DNA of 63,188 nucleotides from a virus (Duplodnaviria > Caudoviricetes): IMG/VR virus record IMGVR_UViG_3300013026_000023, positions 1 through 63,188 of that record. One strand, given 5' to 3'. Each line of letters starts with the position of its first letter. Position 1 is the first letter of the stretch. The notes under the pieces are model-generated. The model saw only the letters and a program-made list of their open reading frames with translations, searched no databases and had not been told where the DNA came from. Position numbers and translations under genes: made by a program. Shown in pieces: positions 45,487 to 54,806 of the stretch.

Positions 45487-47007
45487 TTAATCTTCTTCGC
45501 AGACGCCCTGCATTTCCTTGAGCTTGTGAGCAACCCACCCCGCCTTATAGCCCAGCACCTTGGCACACTCCCTTAGCTCGGCCACGCCCAGTACCGGATA
45601 CTTCTCTATCAGTCTGTAGTAGACCCAACCAGGCTTGTAGCCAGTCCCCTCCTGCACCGCCTTGAGCGCATGTAGGTACTCCAGTATCTCTGGATCTCCA
45701 TTCAGGGCAATCTCTTGCAATCTGGCGTGTTCATCCTGGGCAATAATGCGCTCACTCCTCTCTACAGGCCTGCCCCCTTCTCCCATCTCAAACTGAAAGG
45801 CGGTCTCGCAGTTGGGGCATGTGGCCACATTAAGCCGCTTCTCCTGGTCGAAGGGCGTGAAGATGTGCCTGCATTCTGGACATTCCACCGCCCAAGATTT
45901 GCGCTTCAGTGATACTGGTTCTAGGCTCCACTCACGCTCCTCGTCTGGCAGGCCATGCATGATCCAGTTCTTGGTCTGGTCGACAATAATCGCCTCCTTC
46001 TTGCCTGGATGAGGCCTCAGAGCGCGTCCCAGCATTTGCAACCAAAGAATGAGGGATTTGGTTGGGCGTACAACCTGAACAGCCTCTATGGAGGGTACGT
46101 CTGTCCCCTCGCTAACAATGCCGCAGTTTGTTAGTACTAGTGTCTCTCCTGAATTGAACCTGGACAAAATCGCCCTGCGCTCTTCAGTGGGGGTTTCGCC
46201 GTCCAAATGCTCAGCAGCAACCCCAGCGGTGAGAAAAGCCTGGGCACATTGCTTGGAATGCTCAACGTCCACGCAAAAGACCACCGTCTTTTTACCGTTC
46301 GCATGCTCTCGATAAGACCTGATTACGTCCCCTCTCACCTCGGCGGTATTAACCTTCTTGGCTAGCTGTTTGGAGTTGTAGTCCCCAGCAGTAGTTTTAA
46401 CGCCCTTGGTATCGATAGCATTTTGCGCGGCAAATAGCCTAAAGCCACAAAGGTAGCCTTCTTTAATTAGCTCCTCCACCGTGGGCCCTAGGATCAGCTT
46501 GTCGAAGAGATGCTTGAAGCCCCTGCCATCACACCTTGCTGGCGTGGCCGTAACTCCCAAAAGGTAAGCCTTGGGGTAGGCCTGCAGTATCTTAATGGAA
46601 CTTGGTGAGCAAGAGTGGTGCGCCTCATCGTAGATAATTAGCGAGGCGTTGGGCAGGGAATCCATGCGGCGGACTAGGGTCTGGATGGAGGCTACCTGGA
46701 TAAGGTGCTCTGGGTTTGCTGGATTGCCTGCCTTGATGATGCCTGAGGGGAGGCCTGTAACCGCCTCAAGCTTCTCCTTTGCCTGAAGCAGTAATTCCTC
46801 TCTGTGTACCAGAACGAGGACTCCCTCGCCCTTTACAACAAACTCAGTGGCGATGGTGGAGAAGATTACCGTCTTGCCTGCGGCTGTGGGTAGCTGCAGA
46901 AGAACTCGGCGATCGCCGCTATGCCAGCAGCTAAATATCTCCTGAACTAATGAATGCTGATATGGCCTGAGGCTGTACTGAGCAGCCTTCTTTTTGTTCC
47001 TTTTCAT
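45487..47007 (-). CDS. SF2 DEAH-box helicase with C-terminal Zn ribbon
   Basis: LRPYQ, LPTAAGKT, DEAHH, TATP, EGTDVP, QMLGRALR, CPEC..CPNC, YKPGW. Confidence 0.9.
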   Translation of the reverse strand: MKRNKKKAAQYSLRPYQHSLVQEIFSCWHSGDRRVLLQLPTAAGKTVIFSTIATEFVVKGEGVLVLVHREELLLQAKEKLEAVTGLPSGIIKAGNPANPEHLIQVASIQTLVRRMDSLPNASLIIYDEAHHSCSPSSIKILQAYPKAYLLGVTATPARCDGRGFKHLFDKLILGPTVEELIKEGYLCGFRLFAAQNAIDTKGVKTTAGDYNSKQLAKKVNTAEVRGDVIRSYREHANGKKTVVFCVDVEHSKQCAQAFLTAGVAAEHLDGETPTEERRAILSRFNSGETLVLTNCGIVSEGTDVPSIEAVQVVRPTKSLILWLQMLGRALRPHPGKKEAIIVDQTKNWIMHGLPDEEREWSLEPVSLKRKSWAVECPECRHIFTPFDQEKRLNVATCPNCETAFQFEMGEGGRPVERSERIIAQDEHARLQEIALNGDPEILEYLHALKAVQEGTGYKPGWVYYRLIEKYPVLGVAELRECAKVLGYKAGWVAHKLKEMQGVCEED

Positions 47008-47049
47008 GGTTTTGTTGGGGAGCTTGATTCGCTCAGTCAATGGTAGGGC

Positions 47050-47925
47050 AACCCCCTGGTTGTCCAAGGGGCTGTTGCGGCTCTTAGCTGGCGCCAAACT
47101 CGTCCAGCAACTCTTTAAACCTGTTGGCTGCGTCCAAAATTACTTGAGTGATTTGAGTATGACCTCGCGCGTTTCGTTTCCTCACGCCGCCAACCTGCAA
47201 ATCCTGAAGGACGGCAAGCCTGGTTAACTCCATGGGGGTTGCGTGGGTTCTGGCAGTTTTGCCTCCACGCTCGGCTTTAATCAGCTTGGGCTTCTTCCCC
47301 ATCACGGTGGCTGTATTGATGGTATTTGCGCGGACGTAAGTGGCAGGACTCATTCCGTCCCTTTCTTTGATTTCGCCCATTAAGGGGTGGTACTTTTCGA
47401 TGTACTTCCGATACGCGACGGTTGCAATCTCTAGAAGTTCCCCCTCGTCCTCAACCTTCCTCGTCGCCGCAACCGCTAACTTTGTGGGATTCTCGAGATA
47501 GTCGAGAATCAACCTAGCGGCAAACTCTCGATAGGCCTTTCCAGCCTTCCCGGGGAGTACGCCCAGCAACATCAAAATGCCTTCTTTGTCCAAGACAGGC
47601 GTTTCTTTCTGGCCTCTGCCGGGGAATTTGAAGTGTCGTATTTTCGAACACACCTCGGGGTACTCGCTTTGGATGTCCCGCCATGCGTGATATCGAGATG
47701 TTCTGGTGCTGTATTCAGCGCAAGCTGAAATGATATCGAAAACGCTCATCTTCCCATCAGGAGTGATCCTAATTTCGCCGTGCTCTCCAATGCGGAGAGC
47801 CTCAATATTTGCCATGATGGATGACGAGGTAGGGGTTAAGGTGGTCCTGCCTCTCCTTGTTTTTAGTATAGCAAAAACCCCCTGGTTAACCAAGGGGCTG
47901 TTGCGGCTCTTAGCTGGCGCCAAAC
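47050..47925. repeat. 50-bp direct repeat (47050-47099 / 47876-47925) flanking one gene; contains a terminator-like hairpin
   Basis: AACCCCCTGGTT[GT/AA]CCAAGGGGCTGTTGCGGCTCTTAGCTGGCGCCAAAC; both copies encode the C-terminus FGAS*. Confidence 0.95.
47084..47815 (-). CDS. KilA-N/Bro-like antirepressor-type DNA-binding protein
   Basis: IR.T.DG..SVFD.I, FKFPGRGQKETPV, LPGKAG..YR..AA.L. Confidence 0.6.
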   Translation of the reverse strand: MANIEALRIGEHGEIRITPDGKMSVFDIISACAEYSTRTSRYHAWRDIQSEYPEVCSKIRHFKFPGRGQKETPVLDKEGILMLLGVLPGKAGKAYREFAARLILDYLENPTKLAVAATRKVEDEGELLEIATVAYRKYIEKYHPLMGEIKERDGMSPATYVRANTINTATVMGKKPKLIKAERGGKTARTHATPMELTRLAVLQDLQVGGVRKRNARGHTQITQVILDAANRFKELLDEFGAS

Positions 47926-48125
47926 AGCTTGCAGAGCAAGGTATCTATCCAGGTAGCTTTCACAATATCGTAAGTGAACCTCCCCGGATAGGAGTCAGCA
48001 CGCTTCTCGAACATCCTGACGCGTCCTGCTGCTCTTACAATGGCGTCCTCCCAGTCGTAGGCGGTCCTGGGCTCCTCGATGAGGTCATCGACATCCCAGA
48101 TTCTGTATCTGTACTTGGTGGTCAT
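47910..48125 (-). CDS. hypothetical protein
   Basis: 71 aa, CAGGAG RBS, coupled. Confidence 0.55.
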   Translation of the reverse strand: MTTKYRYRIWDVDDLIEEPRTAYDWEDAIVRAAGRVRMFEKRADSYPGRFTYDIVKATWIDTLLCKLFGAS

Positions 48126-48724
48126 AATCTTTTCTCCTGTGGTTGTTTAGGTAGTTCAACGAGAGAGAGAAGCTTCAAATAAACTTCCCTGGGCATGCGA
48201 TCGCTGGTAACTCTTTCGGCGTTGACGAGCTTTCTCAGATCCTCCACCGTGTATCCAGAGCGCTGAGCGATTTCCCATAGATCCTTGACGTCTTCCCTGC
48301 TGGCAAAGTTCCCCGGCTTTTTGATGGCTGGCTTGGGAGCCTCATCTTCTTCTTTTTCCGGGTCATCTCCAGTGCTCAAGGCGAAGGCCTTCCAGTAGGC
48401 GTACTTGGCGGCGCTGGTAATAGCCTTGGCCAGCTGCTTATCCGCCTTGTCCTCCGCATATCCCGGCATTTGGATGCTTATCGACTCACCTGTCTCCGCG
48501 TCGGTGAGCGTGAGCTTAACCAACACCTTAGCCCAGCCGCGATCAACCTCAAACTGGACGCAATCAACAATCAGGCTAATTCCCTGCTCAGCGCAGAGGG
48601 GGCGGAGGACGTCCAATAGGTCCTTCTCACTAGCGTAATCGTACTTGAAGTGAGCGTTATATCCGCTCTTGGGCACTGAGTTTACTTTCGCCTGGATGGC
48701 GACAATCTTTTTGTGGAGTGACAC
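48122..48724 (-). CDS. erf: ERF-family single-strand annealing recombinase
   Basis: VPKSGYN.HFKYDYA...D, KA.T.A.KY....F.L.TGDD. Confidence 0.85.
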   Translation of the reverse strand: MSLHKKIVAIQAKVNSVPKSGYNAHFKYDYASEKDLLDVLRPLCAEQGISLIVDCVQFEVDRGWAKVLVKLTLTDAETGESISIQMPGYAEDKADKQLAKAITSAAKYAYWKAFALSTGDDPEKEEDEAPKPAIKKPGNFASREDVKDLWEIAQRSGYTVEDLRKLVNAERVTSDRMPREVYLKLLSLVELPKQPQEKRL

Positions 48725-49125
48725 TAGCAGTCTTCCTCGAAGTGGGTTACACAAACATCTTTTCCAAACACGGTGCGGACAACTCTGTTCAGCGCCTTGA
48801 GACTAGGGACTGCAGTAATGACCACAATCTTAAAGGGCTTGAAGTCGGGGCTGGAGACATGATCCACCGTGCAAAAATATCGACAAGTGTTTTTGAATCG
48901 CTCATACGCCCCAGCATCTGCGATGAACTGCGCCTCCTCCAGCCAGCCCTCCAGGTAGGGCCTGATGTTGGGATGCTGCGGTATTGCTGCTGCTCTGCCA
49001 GCGGCTCTTCCTAGTTCACGCCAGCGGCTTTCTGCTTCTTGTTTGCGAGCTTGAATCTCTTGTTCACTGGCTTTAGGTCCGCCCTTGGCTAGCATGGATT
49101 GGTGGTTATTCTGGTTGGTTTGCAT
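48724..49125 (-). CDS. hypothetical protein, first gene of the leftward early operon
   Basis: ATG 49125 with AGAGGAG RBS. Confidence 0.6.
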   Translation of the reverse strand: MQTNQNNHQSMLAKGGPKASEQEIQARKQEAESRWRELGRAAGRAAAIPQHPNIRPYLEGWLEEAQFIADAGAYERFKNTCRYFCTVDHVSSPDFKPFKIVVITAVPSLKALNRVVRTVFGKDVCVTHFEEDC

Positions 49126-49153
49126 TTGCTGCTCTCCTCTGGTGTACTTCTTC

Positions 49154-49182
49154 ATAATAGGGTATGCCAATATCTCTGTCAA
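49154..49182 (-). promoter_or_regulatory. Promoter TTGACA-N7-TGGCATA-N3-TATTAT
   Basis: heads the recombination/replication operon. Confidence 0.7.
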
Positions 49183-49210
49183 TAGTGTCTTTTTGAGATA
49201 CAATACAATC

Positions 49211-49600
49211 ATGCCACTTACCTATCCCCCACTTCCCCCCGACTACCTCCGCAATCTCACGCCGCCCACATATGGCGTCAAGACCTTCACCTTTGAGGAT
49301 GGTGGCGAGGCAAGGGACTTGAGGTATAGCGATGGAGTGGGTACTCAGATACTGCTCCAGTACACTGGTGCATCTGCCAGCGAATGGGCAACGATACTCA
49401 ACTTCTATAGGGCCTGCAGAGGCAGCTTCACCTCCTTCACCCTGCCAGGTGTTATTATCCAACACCCCCTTGCCTATACAGTAGCGCTCTCGCAGTTGGG
49501 GGCAACCACGCTGTGGAAGTTCAATAACCAGCCGACACCAGAAACTAACGTGGTCAATCTCTATTCCTTTGATGTTCAGCTAATCAGCGTGAGGTTTTAA
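49211..49600 (+). CDS. Distal-tail/minor tail protein (lambda M-like position)
   Basis: I.NFY...RG.F.SF.LP...WKF...P; heads the tail-tip cluster. Confidence 0.6.
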   Translation: MPLTYPPLPPDYLRNLTPPTYGVKTFTFEDGGEARDLRYSDGVGTQILLQYTGASASEWATILNFYRACRGSFTSFTLPGVIIQHPLAYTVALSQLGATTLWKFNNQPTPETNVVNLYSFDVQLISVRF

Positions 49601-50074
49601 TTGCTAGCCCAATATGAAACCGAGAGACAACCACGCAAGCTGTTGGAGATACAGATACCTGGAATTGCTGAGATAATTCGCCTTCAGCGCCATCAAGCTA
49701 ACGACTACTTCTTTGATGGCAAGGCCTACGAATACTTCCCCTTCAGCATCGATAGCGCCCTACAGAAGAGTATGGAGCTGGATAACGAGAGTGTAGAAAT
49801 TACCATTATTAATGCTGGACCTGTAAAGGAATTTCTGAGACAATATAATGGGCTGCGCAAATCAGTGGTGACCATCTACACGCTATTCGCAGATCGCCCT
49901 GATGCCCCTCCCACCGCTGAGCGCCTCCAGGTAGCCTCTACCAACCCCAAGGGGGGAGTGGTCACATTTAGTCTCAAAAGCCCAATCAACGCCATTGGAG
50001 GGTCAATTCCGGCCAAGTATTTTACTCAGCAGGACTTTCCAGAGCTTCCAATCGTCTCCCAGGTGCAATTCTGA
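49601..50074 (+). CDS. Minor tail protein (lambda L/DUF1833-like)
   Basis: FDG..YE.FPF, V.FSLKSP..A....IP..YFT..DFP.LP. Confidence 0.6.
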   Translation: MLAQYETERQPRKLLEIQIPGIAEIIRLQRHQANDYFFDGKAYEYFPFSIDSALQKSMELDNESVEITIINAGPVKEFLRQYNGLRKSVVTIYTLFADRPDAPPTAERLQVASTNPKGGVVTFSLKSPINAIGGSIPAKYFTQQDFPELPIVSQVQF

Positions 50075-50586
50075 TGTCGGATCGCTTAACCGTCTTTTTG
50101 GCTGGGCCCATTACCACCCTGACCGCGAGCCACGTAATTGACCAGTTGATTGAACTCAGTGGCCCAGGGAGGAAGAGCCCCATAGTGCTGGCTATCAACT
50201 CACCAGGCGGCTCAATGGTGGACGGCATGGCCATTATTGATACCATGCGCTGGATCAGCCACCCTGTGTGGACTCACTGCTTTGGACAGGCATCTTCTAT
50301 CGCAGCCCTCATCCTCGCCTCTGGCACAGTGCAGGGAATGCGATTTGCCATGCCCAACTCCAGAATCAATCTACACCTGCCTAGGGTTGGCGATCGCGCT
50401 CGTGGTATCTCAGTCTCGTCTCAGTTTAGGGAAGCAGCTTACTGGAGGCAGGTAGTCCTGAGCGAGTTGTCAAAAATAACAGGCAAGACTCAAGATGAGA
50501 TTGAGGCTCTACTGAAGAGCGATCTCTTTCTCAGCCCCCAAGAAACCAAAGATTTAGGCCTGATCGATGTTGTCGTCCCCGCCTAG
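50074..50586 (+). CDS. clpP: ClpP-family serine peptidase (host type)
   Basis: INSPGGS..DG.AI.DTM, C.GQASS.AA (Ser), PNSRI.LH.P (His), SD.FLSP.E..D.GLID (Asp). Confidence 0.88.
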   Translation: MSDRLTVFLAGPITTLTASHVIDQLIELSGPGRKSPIVLAINSPGGSMVDGMAIIDTMRWISHPVWTHCFGQASSIAALILASGTVQGMRFAMPNSRINLHLPRVGDRARGISVSSQFREAAYWRQVVLSELSKITGKTQDEIEALLKSDLFLSPQETKDLGLIDVVVPA

Positions 50587-50950
50587 CCTCCTGGTTGGAA
50601 TTCCCTATAGCTGGGGGAAGAGCGATTGCTGGCAACTAGCTAACTATGTGCGCGAATACTTTAATGCCAGTCCCCTCCCTAGCTATGATTGGGTCTACGA
50701 AGCCTACGATGAGGGCGACCTCCCCCCTGGATTGATTAGTCAACTCCTGTGCGAGAAGTTTGGACCACCTACGTACCAGCTTGAACACCTCTCCCTGGTT
50801 GTCCTCAACTGCAGAGGGGATAACTTGGGCACCTGTGTTGAGATGGATGGCGAAAAGTATATTGTTTACATGGGTACCCATAAATCCCAAATGCACCCCT
50901 GTAGCAGGGTATCCAAGCTTATTAAGGGCGCCTGGAGACCAATCCCGTGA
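50567..50950 (+). CDS. NlpC/P60-like tail tip assembly protein
   Basis: LVGIPY.WG..DCWQL. Confidence 0.65.
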   Translation: MLSSPPSLLVGIPYSWGKSDCWQLANYVREYFNASPLPSYDWVYEAYDEGDLPPGLISQLLCEKFGPPTYQLEHLSLVVLNCRGDNLGTCVEMDGEKYIVYMGTHKSQMHPCSRVSKLIKGAWRPIP

Positions 50951-51099
50951 GTAATGAATGCGACAACCCCCTCTACCAACTGCTGGTAGCCATCCTCATT
51001 GAAAAGACTTTTGAGTCCACGGCGAAAGCTGTTATCAGGCAGGGCGAAGTTCGCGCCTGGTTGGACAAACTCGCAGAGGAAGCAAAGTGCGACAGCTAA
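50947..51099 (+). CDS. 50-aa hypothetical protein
   Basis: Read by hand; GTGA overlap with the upstream stop, fills the gap to the tail tip gene. Confidence 0.4.
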   Translation: MSNECDNPLYQLLVAILIEKTFESTAKAVIRQGEVRAWLDKLAEEAKCDS

Positions 51100-54000
51100 C
51101 GCCTCAAGAGCTACTTGACCTTCACCTCTTCTGGGAGGAGCTGCAGCAGCAGGAGCATAGGCAACTGGCCGAAGCCGAGGGGCTGGTCATTATCGACGGC
51201 ACAGAAGACAAAACCGTCATTGGCATCATCGTCGGCGGCGCCCTAGGAGCCTTCTTCTTGCCAGGGTTGCTTGGAGTGGGCTTGCTGACTGGAGCCCTGC
51301 TTGGTGGATCGATTGGCTATAAGGTTGCCAATCTATTTGGTAAGAAGTCAGACGACAAAAAAGAAGAGAAGTTTGGCCAGTTCAGTGGTTTTGACTCTGG
51401 CGGCTCGCTTGTACTCCTGAACTCACCAATCCCCATTGTCTTGGGCAATCGGGATATCAACCCCGCTGGCGGTGCTAGAGTATCAGGCTTCCTGATTGCC
51501 GCCTATGTCGAGACCAAGGCTGGCGCTCAGTACCTTCACCAGCTCTATACCCTTGGCCTGGGAGAGGTTGGCCGGATTGATGAATCTAGCTTACTAATTA
51601 ATGACCAATCCAGAAACAACTTCCTGGTTAGTGAGGTCACTACTGAGACGCGGCATGGGGTGGCATCTCAGCCTGCCTATCCAGGGATGCCCTTCTATTC
51701 CCAGGTAGTTGCTCCTAACTCCAATAGCCAGTTTGGCGTGGACAAGCGAGCCGAGGTACAGTCAAGCACCAATATTGCTACACGAGTAGCCCTGAGCTTT
51801 ACCAACCTGCGCAACTGCTTTGTCTCAGGTGAAACGATTACCAAGAACTCCGGCACCAACGCTTGGGATGGTGGCGCATTCTCGGTGCAACGCTTCAATC
51901 CTAATGCCCCAGGTCCTCAGACCTACAACTTCGGCTACGTGGAGTTTATCGCCCAGGGGACAACCGAGCTGGTTGCCTGTGGCCTAAGCAGAGATGATCC
52001 AGATGGCAGCGTCAACACTATTGATTACGCGATTAGTCTTGATACTAATGGCCTCTGGAGGGTTCGCGAGAATGGCGCGATTATTTACACCAGTACCGAT
52101 TTCCGCAAAGCTGGAGACGTATTTAGAGTGGAGCTAACTCCAGCAAGGCGGATAACCTACCTACGTAACGGCGTTGTCTTCTACACCAGTACAGTCCTGC
52201 CCACATTCCCATTGTTCGTTGATACCTCTATTTGGTACGTCAATACCAAAATCGGCGGTCTGAAGCTGTACAGTGTTGCTACTGCTGTACGTGGCGCGAT
52301 ACCAACGACAGGTAGTACAACCTCCATCACTGTTGAGGAGGAGGACTTCGAACGGTTTACCCCCAGCGAGCTCTATCAGGTCAACCGCGGCGGTGCGTCC
52401 CAAAACTTCTCCTTAGTTGATCAGAATGCCGTAAGCAAGTCACTGACTGTTACCCCAACCGTTAACCTGGTACGCGGGGACAAGATCTACGCCTACTTTG
52501 TCGCCAAATATGAGACAACCAAGCGAGTTTCCGAACTGCACCTCAACTGCGCCTTCTCTCTCTACGCTAGGGATGAGGAGAATGAGCTATTGCCCCATGG
52601 TTCCCTGTTCGATCTGTTTCTCAGGGGGGATGGCGGCGTATTCGTCCGCATTGCCAGATTCCTAGTAGCCACTAAGAACCCCAATCCGGTATACCGCGGC
52701 ATCAGGCTGAAGAATCTCCCATTGGGTAAGTGGTTTGTTGAGTTACGTCCACTCCCTGCCATCGAGAATTCGGCTATTCCGATTAGGAGGATATCCGGTG
52801 ATGGCAAGTTTGCCACTATTAGTTCAGGTGTTACCCTCGGCGGTAAGCTAATTACTTATGAGGTCGAAAATCAGGGCATTATCTCCGCTGCGGAAGCCTC
52901 CAAGTTGATTACCTATGATGAGAAAACACAGGTTAGTACCGAGCAAGGCCCAAGTGGTCGCATCATTACCGTAAATGAAGTCGTTACGCTTTCGGCTTTA
53001 GGTAGGCCAGCAGGCTCTAATCGCTATCCAGGTTTTGCAACAATCTACCACAGGTTCCTCGCCTCCAACCGCATCAACAGCGCCCCTAATACAAGCGTAC
53101 TAGTCCGCAGGGGCTGGATAGGGAGGCAGCACCTAGCCGCTGGAGTCGCTGGTGGTGGGAGTAGTGGCGCAACCTTGGCCGACGTGGCGGCCGACTTTAC
53201 TAATCAAGGGGTAAACAGCCAGTGTATTGTCCGCAATCTCAGCAAGAGAATCGAGAGTCCAGTGTCGACTCATGGCTCCAATGTCCTTACTTCTATCGCC
53301 TCTTTGCGCTGGGAAGCAGGCGATCGCTACCTTGTTTATTCAAGGACCTCCTCCTGCTTCTTCCCCGACCACTACGCCAATCTGCTTGCAGATCCAATAG
53401 ATGGCCTAGGCGCCAAGATAGACGCTGACAACTTCATCGACTACCCTTCCATAGTTGAGGCTAGACGCTTCTGTGCGGCCAATAAATTCTATTGGGATGG
53501 AATAATCGATAAAAGCATTCCCTTCCCAGATTGGGCCACACAGGAGGCAGCAGGGAGTCTTTTGTTCACTAGCCGCATCGATGGTCGCTGGGGGTTAGTC
53601 CCTGAAAGAGATCAGCCAGTTAGCGCCATCTTTAATAGTGCCAATATCCTGGTTGACAGCTTTGAGGAGCGCTACGTTGATTGGTCTGAACAAGAGCTAA
53701 ACACGGTCATCATCACCTACGAGGATGGAGCTGATGGCAGGTTCGAACAGAAGACGGCAATTGTCCAGACCCAGGAAGCCTTCAATGGCAGCGTAGATCG
53801 CGTGGAAGAGTCCTTAACGATGCTGTCCATTAAGAACGCTGCTCAGGCGATTAAATTCGCTCAGGTGTTCCTAAAGACAAGGCGTCAGCAAGATAGAGTC
53901 TGCCAGTTCCAGACTGACCTACAAGCCCTCTACGTCCAGCCTGGGGATTTGATGATTGTCCAGCACAGGATTACCGAATACGAGCTTGAGATTAGTGGTG

Positions 54001-54359
54001 TTGTGACCCTCGCAGAGCCCTTTAATGCTGGCACCCAGACCATTACCCTATCTAAGACGCCAGCGATAGAAGTAGGTTCAACCTACCGAGCTGCTGTCCT
54101 ATTCAAGCGCGATGGCTCTACACAGGCTGAGTTAGTAGTCGACGCCTTTGTCGATAATGGGGTTACTCAGTTGTCTATCCAGGGATTGAGGCAAGCCCTG
54201 CAGGTGCAAGATCTGGTTGTTGTCGGCAAGAATATTCAGCAGGATTCCACATACCGAGTGGCTAAGATTGGCATCGAGGATGATGGCACGGCTACAATCA
54301 ATGGCGTCATCTGGCGCAAGACCATGCTAGATCCCTCCGGCTTAGTAACAATCGGCTAG
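51087..54359 (+). CDS. Tail tip / host-specificity protein J-like
   Basis: PIPIVLG, LGLGE, YPGFA, A..FC..N.FYWDG.I, IFN.ANI..DSF, QA.KFA, QPGD.I.V. Confidence 0.8.
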   Translation: MRQLTPQELLDLHLFWEELQQQEHRQLAEAEGLVIIDGTEDKTVIGIIVGGALGAFFLPGLLGVGLLTGALLGGSIGYKVANLFGKKSDDKKEEKFGQFSGFDSGGSLVLLNSPIPIVLGNRDINPAGGARVSGFLIAAYVETKAGAQYLHQLYTLGLGEVGRIDESSLLINDQSRNNFLVSEVTTETRHGVASQPAYPGMPFYSQVVAPNSNSQFGVDKRAEVQSSTNIATRVALSFTNLRNCFVSGETITKNSGTNAWDGGAFSVQRFNPNAPGPQTYNFGYVEFIAQGTTELVACGLSRDDPDGSVNTIDYAISLDTNGLWRVRENGAIIYTSTDFRKAGDVFRVELTPARRITYLRNGVVFYTSTVLPTFPLFVDTSIWYVNTKIGGLKLYSVATAVRGAIPTTGSTTSITVEEEDFERFTPSELYQVNRGGASQNFSLVDQNAVSKSLTVTPTVNLVRGDKIYAYFVAKYETTKRVSELHLNCAFSLYARDEENELLPHGSLFDLFLRGDGGVFVRIARFLVATKNPNPVYRGIRLKNLPLGKWFVELRPLPAIENSAIPIRRISGDGKFATISSGVTLGGKLITYEVENQGIISAAEASKLITYDEKTQVSTEQGPSGRIITVNEVVTLSALGRPAGSNRYPGFATIYHRFLASNRINSAPNTSVLVRRGWIGRQHLAAGVAGGGSSGATLADVAADFTNQGVNSQCIVRNLSKRIESPVSTHGSNVLTSIASLRWEAGDRYLVYSRTSSCFFPDHYANLLADPIDGLGAKIDADNFIDYPSIVEARRFCAANKFYWDGIIDKSIPFPDWATQEAAGSLLFTSRIDGRWGLVPERDQPVSAIFNSANILVDSFEERYVDWSEQELNTVIITYEDGADGRFEQKTAIVQTQEAFNGSVDRVEESLTMLSIKNAAQAIKFAQVFLKTRRQQDRVCQFQTDLQALYVQPGDLMIVQHRITEYELEISGVVTLAEPFNAGTQTITLSKTPAIEVGSTYRAAVLFKRDGSTQAELVVDAFVDNGVTQLSIQGLRQALQVQDLVVVGKNIQQDSTYRVAKIGIEDDGTATINGVIWRKTMLDPSGLVTIG

Positions 54360-54368
54360 CATAAACCC

Positions 54369-54806
54369 ATGGCCAAGATTACTGCTAAGCAAAAAATTAA
54401 GTTACCAGATGGCAGACTAGCCTCGGGGGAAATCTACATTCGCCCCAGCCGGGACTTCTCGTACAGCGGCATTTACGTCCCCGCAGTGACCATTGCGAGG
54501 TCCTTCAGGGATGGCGAGTTTGAGCACGATCTAGAGCTACAGCCAACCCCTCCCGGAGTGTACTACGAGATCTATTGGGACTTCGCTGATACGATAATGG
54601 GAGATCGCGGGACGCGCTGGCACATTCCAGATGTATATACTTTGGATATATCCGAGGTCGAGAGACAGCCCACCATGGTTGGAGAGACCCCTACTGCAGT
54701 GGTTACTCCTATCGAAATCAAGCAAGAAGTGGTTACCACCAATCCCTATGATGATATTGAGGCCACCGCTCGCTTAAAAATTCAGGAGGCCATGAGAGGT
54801 GTTTGA
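54369..54806 (+). CDS. hypothetical tail-associated protein
   Basis: position in the tail fibre cluster. Confidence 0.5.
   Translation: MAKITAKQKIKLPDGRLASGEIYIRPSRDFSYSGIYVPAVTIARSFRDGEFEHDLELQPTPPGVYYEIYWDFADTIMGDRGTRWHIPDVYTLDISEVERQPTMVGETPTAVVTPIEIKQEVVTTNPYDDIEATARLKIQEAMRGV

Noticed and set aside
46981-47923. ORF-track starts MAPAKSRNSPL for two adjacent genes
   Set aside because: An artefact of the 50-bp repeat; the likely starts are 47007 and 47815.
38506-49182. TGGCA boxes as sigma54 -24 elements
   Set aside because: No matching -12 TTGC; the boxes sit inside sigma70 spacers; cyanobacteria lack sigma54.
50074-50586. ClpP as the prohead protease
   Set aside because: It is far from the head genes, lacks a scaffold extension and has host-type motifs, and DUF2213 already fills that role; not fully excluded.
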